Shown here piece by piece: positions 1-8,967 of a DNA stretch of 32,000 nt. The position numbers and the translations under genes are program-made. Under the pieces are notes generated by a model that ran no database searches, was not told the origin of the DNA, and saw only the letters and a program-made list of their open reading frames with translations. The stretch is from contig NC_017039.1 in NCBI RefSeq assembly GCF_000284455.1, forward strand, positions 2,790,001-2,822,000, written 5' to 3'. Each line of letters starts with the position of its first letter. Within the stretch, counting starts at the first letter, position 1. This DNA comes from Synechocystis sp. PCC 6803 substr. PCC-P. GTDB taxonomy: Bacteria; Cyanobacteriota; Cyanobacteriia; Cyanobacteriales; Microcystaceae.

Positions 1-829
1 CACCATCACGGCGTTGGTGGGTAAACGGGATTTGATTTTAGCGGACGAATATAACCATTCCAGTCTGAAGCGTGGAGCCCAGTTGAGTGGAGCCAAGGTA
101 ATTAACTATGACCATGGGTGCCCAGAGGTTTTGACCGATCTATTAATGAAACATCGAGACAATCACCGTCGTTGTTTGATTCTCAGTGATGGGGTGTTCA
201 GTATGGATGGCGATTTATGTCCCTTGCCCCAGTTAGTGGCGATCGCCGAAGAATTTCAAAGCATGTTGCTAGTGGACGATGCCCATGGCACTGGCACTAT
301 GGGAAAAATGGGCACGGGCTGTCGAGAACACTTTCAGTTACCGGTGGGAGATTGGATTCAGGTGGGAACCCTCAGTAAAGCTCTGGGGAGCCTGGGGGGT
401 TATGTGGCTGGTAGTGCATCTTTGATAGATTTTCTGCGCAATCGAGCTGCCACTTGGATTTATACCACCGGCCTTTCACCGGCTGACACCGCCGCTGCCC
501 TGGCGGCCATCCAACTGATCCAACGGGAACCAGAACGCATTGTCCAACTCCAGCTCAACGTTGATTACCTAGCCACAGGGTTGGAAAGTCTGACAAAATT
601 AAACTTTCGGCGATCGCCAATTAATTCCCCCATCCTCTGGGTAGGGGCCGCCAATCCAGCCATGGCTCTGGAAATGGCCAAGCATTTACGAGAACAGGGC
701 ATTTTTGCCCCGGCCATTCGTCCCCCCACGGTTCCCCACAGTCGAATACGTTTTTCGGTCATGGCCACCCACTCCCCAGGGCACATTGACCAACTATTAG
801 AAGTACTGGACCACTATTACCCCAATTAG
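1..829 (+). CDS. bioF: 8-amino-7-oxononanoate synthase, C-terminal ~275 codons; 5' end lies outside the window
   Basis: The frame is open from nt 2; the track start at 14 is an internal TTG. It shows alpha-oxoamine synthase PLP-fold motifs: [17 protein letters not shown] and GTLSKALG (PLP lysine). Confidence 0.85.
239..246. repeat. HIP1 octamer GCGATCGC, an exemplar of 30 full copies found by eye in the window (full list in findings)
   Basis: Exact palindrome GCGATCGC. It recurs about once per kb outside 22303-27049. Confidence 0.9.
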
Positions 830-986
830 AGTTGCCTTTGACGGTGCATAGTTGTCAGTCTCCCTACTTACCCCTTGAACATCACATCCCCGCCATGGGA
901 CAGTGAACTCAGTAGAGGTTTTGGTTAAACTGAAAGTGAAACCAGCCATATCTTTTGATTTTTCACAGTAAGAGTAAGCATTATCA

Positions 987-1748
987 ATGGGCGACACTAT
1001 TACCCTCCTTTCCCGCCGAGAAATAGAAAAAATGCGGCAGGCGGGCCAACTAGCGGCGGCCCTACTTGATCACCTAGCGCCAATGGTGCAACCGGGCATA
1101 ACTACCCTAGAGCTGAATGACGAAGCGGAAAAATGGACGAAAGCCCACGGAGCCATCAGCGCCCCCCTTGGTTATAACGGTTTCCCCAAGTCTATTTGCA
1201 CCAGCATCAATGAAGTTATCTGCCATGGCATTCCCCACCGCAAACGGGTATTGCAGGCAGGAGACATCATCAACGTTGACGTTACCCCCATTGTGGACGG
1301 CTACCATGGCGACTGTTCCCGCACCTTTTTTGTCGGTACTCCCAGCCCAGTGGCAGAAAAACTGGTCAAAGTCACCGAAGAATGTCTACGCCTAGGCATT
1401 GAAGCAGTTAAACCCGGCGGTAAAATTGGTGATATTGGGGCCGCCATTCAAAGCCACGCTGAAGCCCAGGGATTTTCCGTTGTTCGTGATTTTGTTGGCC
1501 ACGGCATTAGCAAAATTTTCCATACCGCTCCCCAAATTCCCCATTATGGCAAAGCAGGCAAAGGCAAAAGATTACGCCCAGGGATGGTGTTTACCATTGA
1601 GCCCATGATCAATGAAGGCACCTGGGAAGCGGTATTACTAGATGATGGTTGGACTGCCATCACCAAGGACGGTAAGCTCTCCGCCCAGTTTGAGCACACC
1701 ATTGCCGTCACTGAAGATGGAGTGGAAATTTTGACCCTAGGGGAGTAA
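987..1748 (+). CDS. map: Methionine aminopeptidase, type I
   Basis: ATG start. MetAP metal-ligand and fold motifs are present: FPKSICTSINEVICHGIP, DIINVDVT..GYHGD, FVGHGIS, FTIEPM, QFEHT. Confidence 0.95.
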   Translation: MGDTITLLSRREIEKMRQAGQLAAALLDHLAPMVQPGITTLELNDEAEKWTKAHGAISAPLGYNGFPKSICTSINEVICHGIPHRKRVLQAGDIINVDVTPIVDGYHGDCSRTFFVGTPSPVAEKLVKVTEECLRLGIEAVKPGGKIGDIGAAIQSHAEAQGFSVVRDFVGHGISKIFHTAPQIPHYGKAGKGKRLRPGMVFTIEPMINEGTWEAVLLDDGWTAITKDGKLSAQFEHTIAVTEDGVEILTLGE

Positions 1749-1753
1749 ATACG

Positions 1754-2209
1754 GTGAAAAGTTGGCAAATCGAACTTTTATACGACGGTGAATGTCCCCT
1801 TTGTCTGAGGGAAGTTAATTTTCTCCGTAGTAAAGACCAGGGCCGGGGCTTAGTTAACTTTGTGGACATTGCTCAGCCGGACTACAATCCCCTAGACCAT
1901 GGCGGTGTCAGTTTTGAGGATGCCATGGCCCGTATCCATGGGGTGAAGGCTGACGGCAGTGTGGTAAAAAATGTGGCCGTTTTCCGAGAAGTTTACGAAA
2001 TTCTCGGTATCGGCTGGCTATATGCTCCCACCCGTTGGCCCATTATCGGACCCTTGGTGGATAGAATTTACGACTTTTGGGCCGATCTCCGTTTGAGCTG
2101 GACTGGGCGGTCAAGCCTAGCGGAAATCCTTGCCCAGCGGGAAAAGGGAATGTGTGCCACCGATGGTTGTGCATTGCCGGTTACCAGTGGTGTTGAGGGT
2201 AAGCCCTAG
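1754..2209 (+). CDS. DCC-family thiol-disulfide oxidoreductase (DUF393)
   Basis: GTG start 6 nt after the map stop. N-terminal YDGECPLC motif is typical of DUF393/DCC proteins. Confidence 0.75.
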   Translation: MKSWQIELLYDGECPLCLREVNFLRSKDQGRGLVNFVDIAQPDYNPLDHGGVSFEDAMARIHGVKADGSVVKNVAVFREVYEILGIGWLYAPTRWPIIGPLVDRIYDFWADLRLSWTGRSSLAEILAQREKGMCATDGCALPVTSGVEGKP

Positions 2210-2225
2210 GTTTTTGCGACAATAA

Positions 2226-2708
2226 TTGAAGGCCATTGAAAAGAATACAGGCATAGTCGTGAATTTTCGTAACCCAGTTCCCACGGTGGATTTGATCATC
2301 GAAATGATTGATCAACCCCGCCGACCTATTTTATTAATTGAGCGGCAAAATCCGCCCCACGGCTGGGCCCTGCCCGGAGGCTTTGTGGACTACGGCGAAA
2401 CCCTAGAAGCGGCAGCCCTGCGGGAAGCCAAGGAAGAAATTTCCCTGGACGTCCAGCTTATCGAAATGTTTTATGCCTACTCAGATCCCCGCCGGGATCC
2501 CCGGCAACACACCCTCAGTGTGGTATTCCTGGCGGCGGCCACCGGCAAACCCCAAGCGGCGGACGATGCTAAAACCGTTGGCTTTTTTGATTTGTGGGAA
2601 TTTCCCGACCCAGTTTGCTTTGATCATGGACAAATTTTGCGGGATTATCGCCGCTACCGCTATTATCGTCAACGCCCCGATCCCCACCGGAATTATTTGG
2701 GGGACTAA
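2226..2708 (+). CDS. NUDIX hydrolase
   Basis: Nudix box [24 protein letters not shown]. The start is uncertain: TTG at 2226 or GTG at 2262. Confidence 0.85.
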   Translation: MKAIEKNTGIVVNFRNPVPTVDLIIEMIDQPRRPILLIERQNPPHGWALPGGFVDYGETLEAAALREAKEEISLDVQLIEMFYAYSDPRRDPRQHTLSVVFLAAATGKPQAADDAKTVGFFDLWEFPDPVCFDHGQILRDYRRYRYYRQRPDPHRNYLGD

Positions 2709-2765
2709 CGGGCAAAGCATTAGTTCCTTGGCTCCTTCTAGACCAATAGTGCAAATCTAACAAAT

Positions 2766-3203
2766 TCAATGGGGGATGGCTTCCGAACAAATATTGTTGA
2801 TGAATTTCACCCCATCTTCCTTGGGTATCAGTTCTTGTAAATAAAAATCCACCGTTTCATTACTTTCGTTGGTCACTAGCACCTTAGCTTGGTGCCCCTT
2901 TTGTAATACCTCACGGCGATCGCACAGTTCGTAGGCAAAAATAATCAGGCGATCGCCTGGTTGACAAAGCAAGGCGGCTCCACCGTTGGGGCAAATTTCC
3001 TTGGAATGGGCTTGACCGGGCAGGACATAGGTGGAAAAGCGATTACCGTTGCTGAGATTGATAATATCCACCTCCTCTAGGGGCAACAATCCCACCCGCT
3101 CCAACATTACTGGGTCAATGGTGATACTGCCCACATAATTAACATTGGCCTCCGTCACACAGACCCGATGTAATTTTGCGTGCATCAAACGAATGCTCCC
3201 CAT
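2766..3203 (-). CDS. panD: Aspartate 1-decarboxylase proenzyme
   Basis: [22 protein letters not shown], containing the self-cleaving Gly-Ser site. ATG start. Confidence 0.9.
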   Translation of the reverse strand: MGSIRLMHAKLHRVCVTEANVNYVGSITIDPVMLERVGLLPLEEVDIINLSNGNRFSTYVLPGQAHSKEICPNGGAALLCQPGDRLIIFAYELCDRREVLQKGHQAKVLVTNESNETVDFYLQELIPKEDGVKFINNICSEAIPH

Positions 3204-3253
3204 TAAGCCCTAACCTCGGTGAAAAAACGGTATTGGCACTGTCCGTTATCGTG

Positions 3254-4228
3254 TTAACCGTCGCTAACCATGGCCAACGCCACATCAATATTAAGGCGAA
3301 CTGCTTCTGCAGAAAGATGGAGGGCAGCTTTTTCTTCAGGGGTTAATTGCACTTCGAGAATATCTTCCACTCCTCGACACCCCAAACGGCAGGGCACTCC
3401 AAGGAAAATGTCCTTCAATCCATAGGCACCATCAAGGTAGGTGGCGGCGGGGAGAATTCTAGACTGATTGCGTAAAATGGACTCCACCATCACCGCAGCG
3501 GAAGAGGCCGGCGCATAATAGGCTGTGCCCGTTTGTAGTAAGGCGGCAATTTCAGCCCCACCGTTACGGGTACGCTCCACCAACTCTTCAATGGTTTGGG
3601 GGGGTATTAATTCGGTAATGGGAACCCCGCTGACGGTGCAGTATCGTGGCAAGGGCAGCATCAAATCTCCGTGCCCGCCCAGCACTAAGGTGTTGATATC
3701 AGAAGGACAGGCCCCTAATTTCATCGCAATGAAGGCCTTGAGCCGAGCCGAGTCCAACACCCCCGCCATGCCCATAACCCGTTGGGAAGGTAAACCAGTT
3801 ACTTTCCAGGCCAAATAGGTCATTACATCCAGGGGATTGGTGACCACAATCAAAATGGCGTTGGGGGAATAACGCAATGCTTCCCGGGCCCCCTGGGCCA
3901 CAATGTTGGCGTTTTTGCCCAACAAATCATCCCGACTCATGCCGGGCCTGCGGGGTAGACCAGCGGTAATTACCACCACATCGGAGCCGGCGGTGGCCTC
4001 GTATTCATTGGTGCCAATGATTTTGCTGTCGTATTCCTCCACGCTCTGGGCGGCCATCAAATCCAAGGCAATGCCCTGGGGTAAGCCTGGCACAATGTCC
4101 AACAAAACTACGTTGGCGACATTTTGCTGCACTAACCTCTGGGCAAGGGTCCGCCCCACATTGCCAGCGCCGACCACGGTAACCTGCCAGGACTGACAGG
4201 CGATCGGAGCATACTCCAAAATATTCAT
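3254..4228 (-). CDS. mdh: Malate dehydrogenase (LDH-like family)
   Basis: VVGAGNVGRTLA Rossmann motif, ITAGLPRRPGMSRDDLL, VVTNPLD, GGHGD. Trimmed to the ATG at 4228, which has GGAGG upstream; the track ORF begins at a TTG extension. Confidence 0.9.
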   Translation of the reverse strand: MNILEYAPIACQSWQVTVVGAGNVGRTLAQRLVQQNVANVVLLDIVPGLPQGIALDLMAAQSVEEYDSKIIGTNEYEATAGSDVVVITAGLPRRPGMSRDDLLGKNANIVAQGAREALRYSPNAILIVVTNPLDVMTYLAWKVTGLPSQRVMGMAGVLDSARLKAFIAMKLGACPSDINTLVLGGHGDLMLPLPRYCTVSGVPITELIPPQTIEELVERTRNGGAEIAALLQTGTAYYAPASSAAVMVESILRNQSRILPAATYLDGAYGLKDIFLGVPCRLGCRGVEDILEVQLTPEEKAALHLSAEAVRLNIDVALAMVSDG

Positions 4229-4265
4229 GGCACCCTCCGGGGTGTTGATGGTGGAGAAAAGCAAC

Positions 4266-4484
4266 CTAAGCCAGGGCTTCGATTTGGTCTAAGCGCAGCC
4301 AGACGTTGGGGGTAGGGACATAAAATCGCACTAGGGCATATTCTTCGTTTAAATCCAACACTTCTCCTTTGCTATGGAAAAGGTAGTCGGGTAAACGGCG
4401 ATCGCTGGCTTGGGCTTCAAGGCTGTTTTCCAATTGTGCGCGGATAACCCGCACTAAACTGCCCTTTTTCATTTTAGCGGCCAT
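4266..4484 (-). CDS. ndhO: NDH-1 complex subunit O (72 aa)
   Basis: [28 protein letters not shown]...[17 protein letters not shown] matches my memory of cyanobacterial NdhO. Trimmed to the internal ATG. Confidence 0.8.
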   Translation of the reverse strand: MAAKMKKGSLVRVIRAQLENSLEAQASDRRLPDYLFHSKGEVLDLNEEYALVRFYVPTPNVWLRLDQIEALA

Positions 4485-4572
4485 GGTTTTGCCCTCGTTG
4501 GGAGACTGGGAAATTAACTCTAAATTGTTACATAACCCCAAAATTTTGTAATTCTTATTTTTGGCTAGTTTC

Positions 4573-4634
4573 TCCCCAGGCCATTCCCCAGACTTTCCCC
4601 AGTGATTCCCCCAGTTAGCGGATTTTATCCCCAG
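4573..4634. repeat. Five phased copies of TCCCCAG (spacing about 11-12 bp, last copy about 21 bp on)
   Basis: Copies at 4573-4579, 4585-4591, 4596-4602, 4607-4614 (one extra C) and 4628-4634. An inverted copy, CTGGGGA, lies at 4756-4762. Confidence 0.85.
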
Positions 4635-5025
4635 GAGGTTAAGGTTTTTAGGCTATTTCTTAACCCTGACTGGGCCGTGGGCACCCTAGGGGTGGGGGAA
4701 TTTTTTAGGGTTTTGACGCTAGGGATAGTAGGAATATTTTTCTGGCGATCGCCGCCTGGGGAATCCCAGAAAAAATTAGAGAGAGTTGGTTAAAGCCCTT
4801 TTATTGTTAAGTTGAGTTAAGTAAAAATAGCTCAAATTCCTATAGTTTCGTTAGCAAAAATGAGAAATGCCCACCGGGGCAAAATTTTCCGCCATTGACA
4901 GCCAGGGGAATTCCTCGATAAAACTATTGGGCACACAGCAGAAAAACTTTGGGTGTGGGGCCGTAATCTTCAGCCGGCCAAGTTATTCCCCAAAGCAGCT
5001 CCGCCCTTTGACAGAGAGAAGAACC

Positions 5026-5253
5026 ATGGATACCTCCGTTAGTGTTTTTGCTGAAATTCCCGAAGACCTGCACCAGTCCTTGACCACCTATCTGGATAAA
5101 CATCCCCATTGGGACCTAGACCGGGTGTTTTCCGCTGCCCTGTCCCTGTTCCTGCTGCAAAATGAGGGAGGCTACGGCACCAAACCCATGTCCACCAGTT
5201 ACAAAGCCTGTGCCCGGGTCTATCTGGAAACTTTATTGCAAACTGCCGAATGA
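5026..5253 (+). CDS. Small conserved cyanobacterial protein (DUF2811-like)
   Basis: MDTSVSVFAEIPEDLHQSLTTYLDKHPHWDLDRVFSAALSLFLLQN resembles the DUF2811 family as I recall it. Its stop overlaps the pth start (ATGA). The longer track ORF from 4867 has no recognisable N-terminal features. Confidence 0.55.
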   Translation: MDTSVSVFAEIPEDLHQSLTTYLDKHPHWDLDRVFSAALSLFLLQNEGGYGTKPMSTSYKACARVYLETLLQTAE

Positions 5254-5834
5254 TTCCCAAGTTAATTGTGGGTTTGGGTAACCCTGAGCCGAAATATGAT
5301 CAAACTCGCCACAACATTGGTTTTGCGGTGGTGGATGCGTTGGCGATCACCTGGCAGTGTTCTTGGTATGACCATAAGCGCTTCCAGGGCTGGTTTGGCG
5401 AAGGGCTAATGGCCGGACAAAAAACCTGTTTGCTCAAACCCCGTACCTATATGAATCGCTCTGGCCAAGCTGTGCGGGCGGTGGTGGACTGGTACAAACT
5501 CGACCCCCAGTCGGTGCTGGTGGTCTATGACGATATGGATTTACCCCTGGGCCGATTACGCCTGAGACAAACGGGTTCCGCCGGGGGCCATAACGGGATG
5601 AAATCCCTGATTAGTCATTTGGGCACCCAGGATTTTCCCCGCCTCCGGTTAGGCATTGGCAAAAGTGACGGCAGTAAAGACACCATCGCCCATGTGCTAG
5701 GCAAATTTAGCCCGTCGGAATTACCCATCGTCGAGAAAAGCTTAGACCTGGCCACGGAGGCGATCGCCCATAGTCTGCACCATGGCATTGCCAAAACCAT
5801 GAGTTTATTTAATAATCGTGACGTCTGCCCTTAG
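5250..5834 (+). CDS. pth: Peptidyl-tRNA hydrolase
   Basis: GLGNPEPKYDQTRHNIGF, YMNRSGQAV, GHNGMKS motifs. Confidence 0.95.
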   Translation: MIPKLIVGLGNPEPKYDQTRHNIGFAVVDALAITWQCSWYDHKRFQGWFGEGLMAGQKTCLLKPRTYMNRSGQAVRAVVDWYKLDPQSVLVVYDDMDLPLGRLRLRQTGSAGGHNGMKSLISHLGTQDFPRLRLGIGKSDGSKDTIAHVLGKFSPSELPIVEKSLDLATEAIAHSLHHGIAKTMSLFNNRDVCP

Positions 5835-5899
5835 GTAATGGGATTAATGGGGTATGATGGGAAGTCGGCAAATTATTACATTTCTTGGGAATTTCGCTT

Positions 5900-6238
5900 G
5901 TGACTACAGCCGAAGCAGCATCTACCGTACACACCAGTTTCATTCTTAAAGTCCTCTGGCTCGATCAAAACGTGGCGATCGCCGTGGATCAAATTGTGGG
6001 CAAAGGCACTAGTCCCCTCACTTCCTACTTCTTCTGGCCCCGGGCCGATGCTTGGCAACAACTGAAAGACGAACTCGAAGCCAAACATTGGATCGCCGAA
6101 GCGGACCGCATTAACGTCCTCAATCAGGCCACCGAGGTGATCAACTTCTGGCAGGACTTGAAAAATCAAAATAAACAAATCTCCATGGCCGAGGCCCAGG
6201 GTAAATTCCCCGAAGTGGTGTTCAGCGGCAGTAACTAA
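5900..6238 (+). CDS. ycf65: Ycf65 / plastid-specific ribosomal protein 3 homologue
   Basis: [18 protein letters not shown]...[10 protein letters not shown] is PSRP-3-like. There is no ATG; the start is GTG at 5900 or TTG at 5885. Confidence 0.8.
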   Translation: MTTAEAASTVHTSFILKVLWLDQNVAIAVDQIVGKGTSPLTSYFFWPRADAWQQLKDELEAKHWIAEADRINVLNQATEVINFWQDLKNQNKQISMAEAQGKFPEVVFSGSN

Positions 6239-6572
6239 ATCCCCCCGGGGTGAGGAAGAAAAAATATTTTCATATTCCGATATCCACTGGCTGTGGCGGA
6301 GAAATTGTTTCCCTGGGGACAGTCAAAAAACAGCACTGTTCCCTCCCTGGGCGCCTCAAAAAATCGATATGCTACCGTAAGGTCGAGGGGAACTTCCCCA
6401 TGGCCAGACTGTCATAGCCTCTGGTTTGGGAGGGCTGACCATGCCTTGGCTACAAACCTTTTCTTTTCGGCGATCGCCATTTTCCTTGGCCCGCAGACAT
6501 TTAAAAAACAAGATTTTCGTGAAGATTAAATCAATATTTTTATTGTCATTACTTTTTGAGGCGACAGCAACA

Positions 6573-7301
6573 ATGAAATCCTTACTCCGCATCGGCGCAA
6601 CCCTCGGTCTGATTGGTACCACCGCGATTGGTACCTGGTTAGGTACCACCCTCCAGGCCTTAGCCTTGCCCACCGAAGAGGTAGTCAAAATTCTTCAAGG
6701 GGTGCCGGTTTTTACCATTGTGGATGCCCAGGGAGCCCCCTTAGTGGCCGTCGGTAATGACAACGAAAAAGTTACCGGTGTTTTCATTAGTCAACAAGAA
6801 GCCAATGGCTTTTTACAGGAACTGAAAAAACAAAAACCCGACGTTGGTTCCCAGGTCAGTGTTCAACCCGTTTCCCTGGGGGAAGTAGTGAAAATTGCCC
6901 AGGCCAATGCGAACCAGACCGACCCCCTGGGTTTTGCCTATGTGCCCATCCCGGCCCAGGTGCAAGCAGCTCAGCAAATGCCCAATTCTGAATACCAAGG
7001 GGGAGTACCCCTATTCGTAGCCAGAGGGGGAGAAGACCAAGGTTACCTTACTATCCAACAGGAAAACGAGCAAATTATTCCTTTCTTCCTGGAGGCTAGT
7101 CAAATTCAGCAAATGGTGGAACGGTTTAAGCAAGAGCAACCTGCCATGGCCGACAGCATCGTGATCGACGTGATTGCCATGGAGAATGTTATTTCTACCT
7201 TACAAACCAGTGACGATGCCATGCTCAAGCAAATCCGCATTGTGCCTACCCAGGAAGCCATTCAATTTATCCGTTCTTTATCCGCCCAACAACCTAAGTA
7301 A
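6573..7301 (+). CDS. Tic22-like periplasmic protein
   Basis: Signal peptide MKSLLRIGATLGLIGTTAIG..LQALA, then the Tic22-like block LQGVPVFTIVDAQGAPL..VTGVFISQQEA. Trimmed to the ATG at 6573. Confidence 0.75.
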   Translation: MKSLLRIGATLGLIGTTAIGTWLGTTLQALALPTEEVVKILQGVPVFTIVDAQGAPLVAVGNDNEKVTGVFISQQEANGFLQELKKQKPDVGSQVSVQPVSLGEVVKIAQANANQTDPLGFAYVPIPAQVQAAQQMPNSEYQGGVPLFVARGGEDQGYLTIQQENEQIIPFFLEASQIQQMVERFKQEQPAMADSIVIDVIAMENVISTLQTSDDAMLKQIRIVPTQEAIQFIRSLSAQQPK

Positions 7302-7477
7302 TCCCTGGAGTTTATCTCTAATCTAAGGGCTTAATGGGGGCAAATAAATTACCACTTACCTCGAATCAGGGGGGAAGGATGGGAAATAACTTTGATGGAT
7401 TATCCCCCCCTGGCCCTGCATTGATGAAGTCACCACACTGGGTTGCCGAAGGGACCATGGCTAACTATATTTAACCC

Positions 7478-8842
7478 ATGAATAACCTTGTGGGAGATTT
7501 TTTCAGGATGCGTCTATTTTGGCCCCAGTCCCGTCGTCGGTTGACGGCGATCGCCTTGAATCTAGCCCTTGCTGGCACCACCGCCGGACTAATGTTTGCC
7601 TGTGCTGAACCAGAACCTACCCCTGGGGACGGAGCTAGTCAACCCAGCACCGGGGGAGAAGGAGGAGCGCTAAAACTAGGGGCCCTGCTGCCGGCTACGG
7701 GGGATCTATCTTCCATCGGGCAAAATATGCCTTTAGCGGTGCAATTGGCGGTGGATACCATCAATGCCTGTGGCGGCGTCAATGGCCAAGACGTAACGGT
7801 GGTGATTGAAGATGATCAAACCGATCCCACCGCAGGGGTTTCCGCCATGACCAAATTGGCAGAAGCGGATCAGGTAGCTGGCGTGGTAGGTTCCTTTGCC
7901 AGCAGCGTTTCCAGTGCGGCGGTGCCCATCGCAGTGAGAAACAACATTATGATGATTTCCCCGGGCAGCACTAGTCCTGTGTTTACTGACCAGGCCAAGA
8001 AGGGCGAATTTAAAGGCTTTTGGGCCCGTACCGCTCCTCCCGATACGTACCAAGCCCAGGCCCTAGCTGCCTTGGCCAAGAAACAAGGTTTTACCGACGC
8101 CGCCACCGTGGTTATCAACAATGACTATGGTGTGGGGTTTGAAAAAGTATTTGTGGAATCCTTCACCGCCGATGGCGGTAATGTGACCAATAAAGATAAC
8201 CCGGTGCGCTACGATCCCAAGGCGGCAACGTTGGATACGGAAGCGGCCCAGGGCTTTGCCAATAGTCCTGACGCTGTGGCGGCTATTCTTTATGCTGATA
8301 CGGGGAGTGTGTTGGTGCAATCGGCCTACCGCCAGGGCTTAATGGATGGAGTCACCCTACTATTAACGGATGGCGTTTATTCCCCCGATTTCGTTGAAAA
8401 AGTAGGCAAAGATGCCAATGGAGTTTCCCTTTTATCTGGGGCCCTGGGTACGGTACCCGGTGCCGATGGCAAATCCCTGGAAGCCTTCACTGCCCAATGG
8501 AAAGATGCCACTGGCGGTAAGGACGTAACTGCGTTTGTGCCCCACACCTACGATGCCACTGTTTTGATGATGTTGGCGGCAGAAGCTGCAAAATCTAATA
8601 CAGGAGCGGGGATCCAGAGCAAAATCCGGGATGTCTCCAATGGTCCAGGGGAAGAAGTGACCGATGCCTGTGAGGCGATCGCCATGGTGCGGGAAGGCAA
8701 GGACATTAATTACCAAGGAGCCAGCGGCAATGTGGACATCGACGAAAATGGTGATGTGGTAGGTACTTACGATGTCTGGACGGTGAAAGGGGATGGCACC
8801 CTAGAGGTAATCGATAAAGTTACCCCCGGTTCCGGTTCCTAG
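7478..8842 (+). CDS. natB: ABC transporter periplasmic substrate-binding protein, Leu/Ile/Val-binding family (neutral amino-acid uptake)
   Basis: Signal or lipoprotein-like N-terminus ending in LMFAC. Type I PBP motifs: LKLGALLPATGDLSSIG, VIEDDQTDP, GVVGSFASS. The symbol comes from remembered Synechocystis gene context. Confidence 0.8.
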   Translation: MNNLVGDFFRMRLFWPQSRRRLTAIALNLALAGTTAGLMFACAEPEPTPGDGASQPSTGGEGGALKLGALLPATGDLSSIGQNMPLAVQLAVDTINACGGVNGQDVTVVIEDDQTDPTAGVSAMTKLAEADQVAGVVGSFASSVSSAAVPIAVRNNIMMISPGSTSPVFTDQAKKGEFKGFWARTAPPDTYQAQALAALAKKQGFTDAATVVINNDYGVGFEKVFVESFTADGGNVTNKDNPVRYDPKAATLDTEAAQGFANSPDAVAAILYADTGSVLVQSAYRQGLMDGVTLLLTDGVYSPDFVEKVGKDANGVSLLSGALGTVPGADGKSLEAFTAQWKDATGGKDVTAFVPHTYDATVLMMLAAEAAKSNTGAGIQSKIRDVSNGPGEEVTDACEAIAMVREGKDINYQGASGNVDIDENGDVVGTYDVWTVKGDGTLEVIDKVTPGSGS

Positions 8843-8897
8843 TACTTCTCCGTAAATTGTCTTGACCAATTTGATCAGTTTTAATTAACCATTAATG

Positions 8898-8931
8898 GCC
8901 CCCATCGGTTGCTCCAGGGGGCTTTTCTTTT
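8898..8931 (+). terminator. Rho-independent terminator candidate after natB
   Basis: GCCCCC (8898-8903) pairs with GGGGGC (8917-8922) across a 13-nt loop, followed by TTTTCTTTT. Confidence 0.5.
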
Positions 8932-8967
8932 AGAGCGGTTTGGCGTTTTTCAACTTCGATCTTTCCC

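Noticed and set aside
4602-4793. 63-aa GTG-initiated ORF in the ndhO upstream region
   Set aside because: There is no ATG, no SD and no family resemblance, and it runs across the TCCCCAG repeats and a HIP1 site. The region is better treated as regulatory, non-coding DNA.
6241-6250. CCCCCCGGGG palindrome immediately after the ycf65 stop
   Set aside because: It has no loop and no T-run, so it is not a plausible intrinsic terminator. It is probably just a short palindrome.
6293-6688. Overlapping 78-aa (+) and 110-aa (-) ORFs, and the 49-codon N-terminal extension of the Tic22-like ORF
   Set aside because: The ORFs are mutually overlapping with alternative starts and no motifs. The Tic22-like protein has a clean signal peptide beginning at the ATG at 6573.
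7367-7412. CAGGGGGG / CCCCCCTG inverted repeat between the Tic22-like gene and natB
   Set aside because: The stem is 8 bp, but the loop is 30 nt, no U-tract follows, and there is an extra C. I cannot distinguish a terminator or 5'-UTR structure from chance pairing of G and C runs without folding or conservation analysis.
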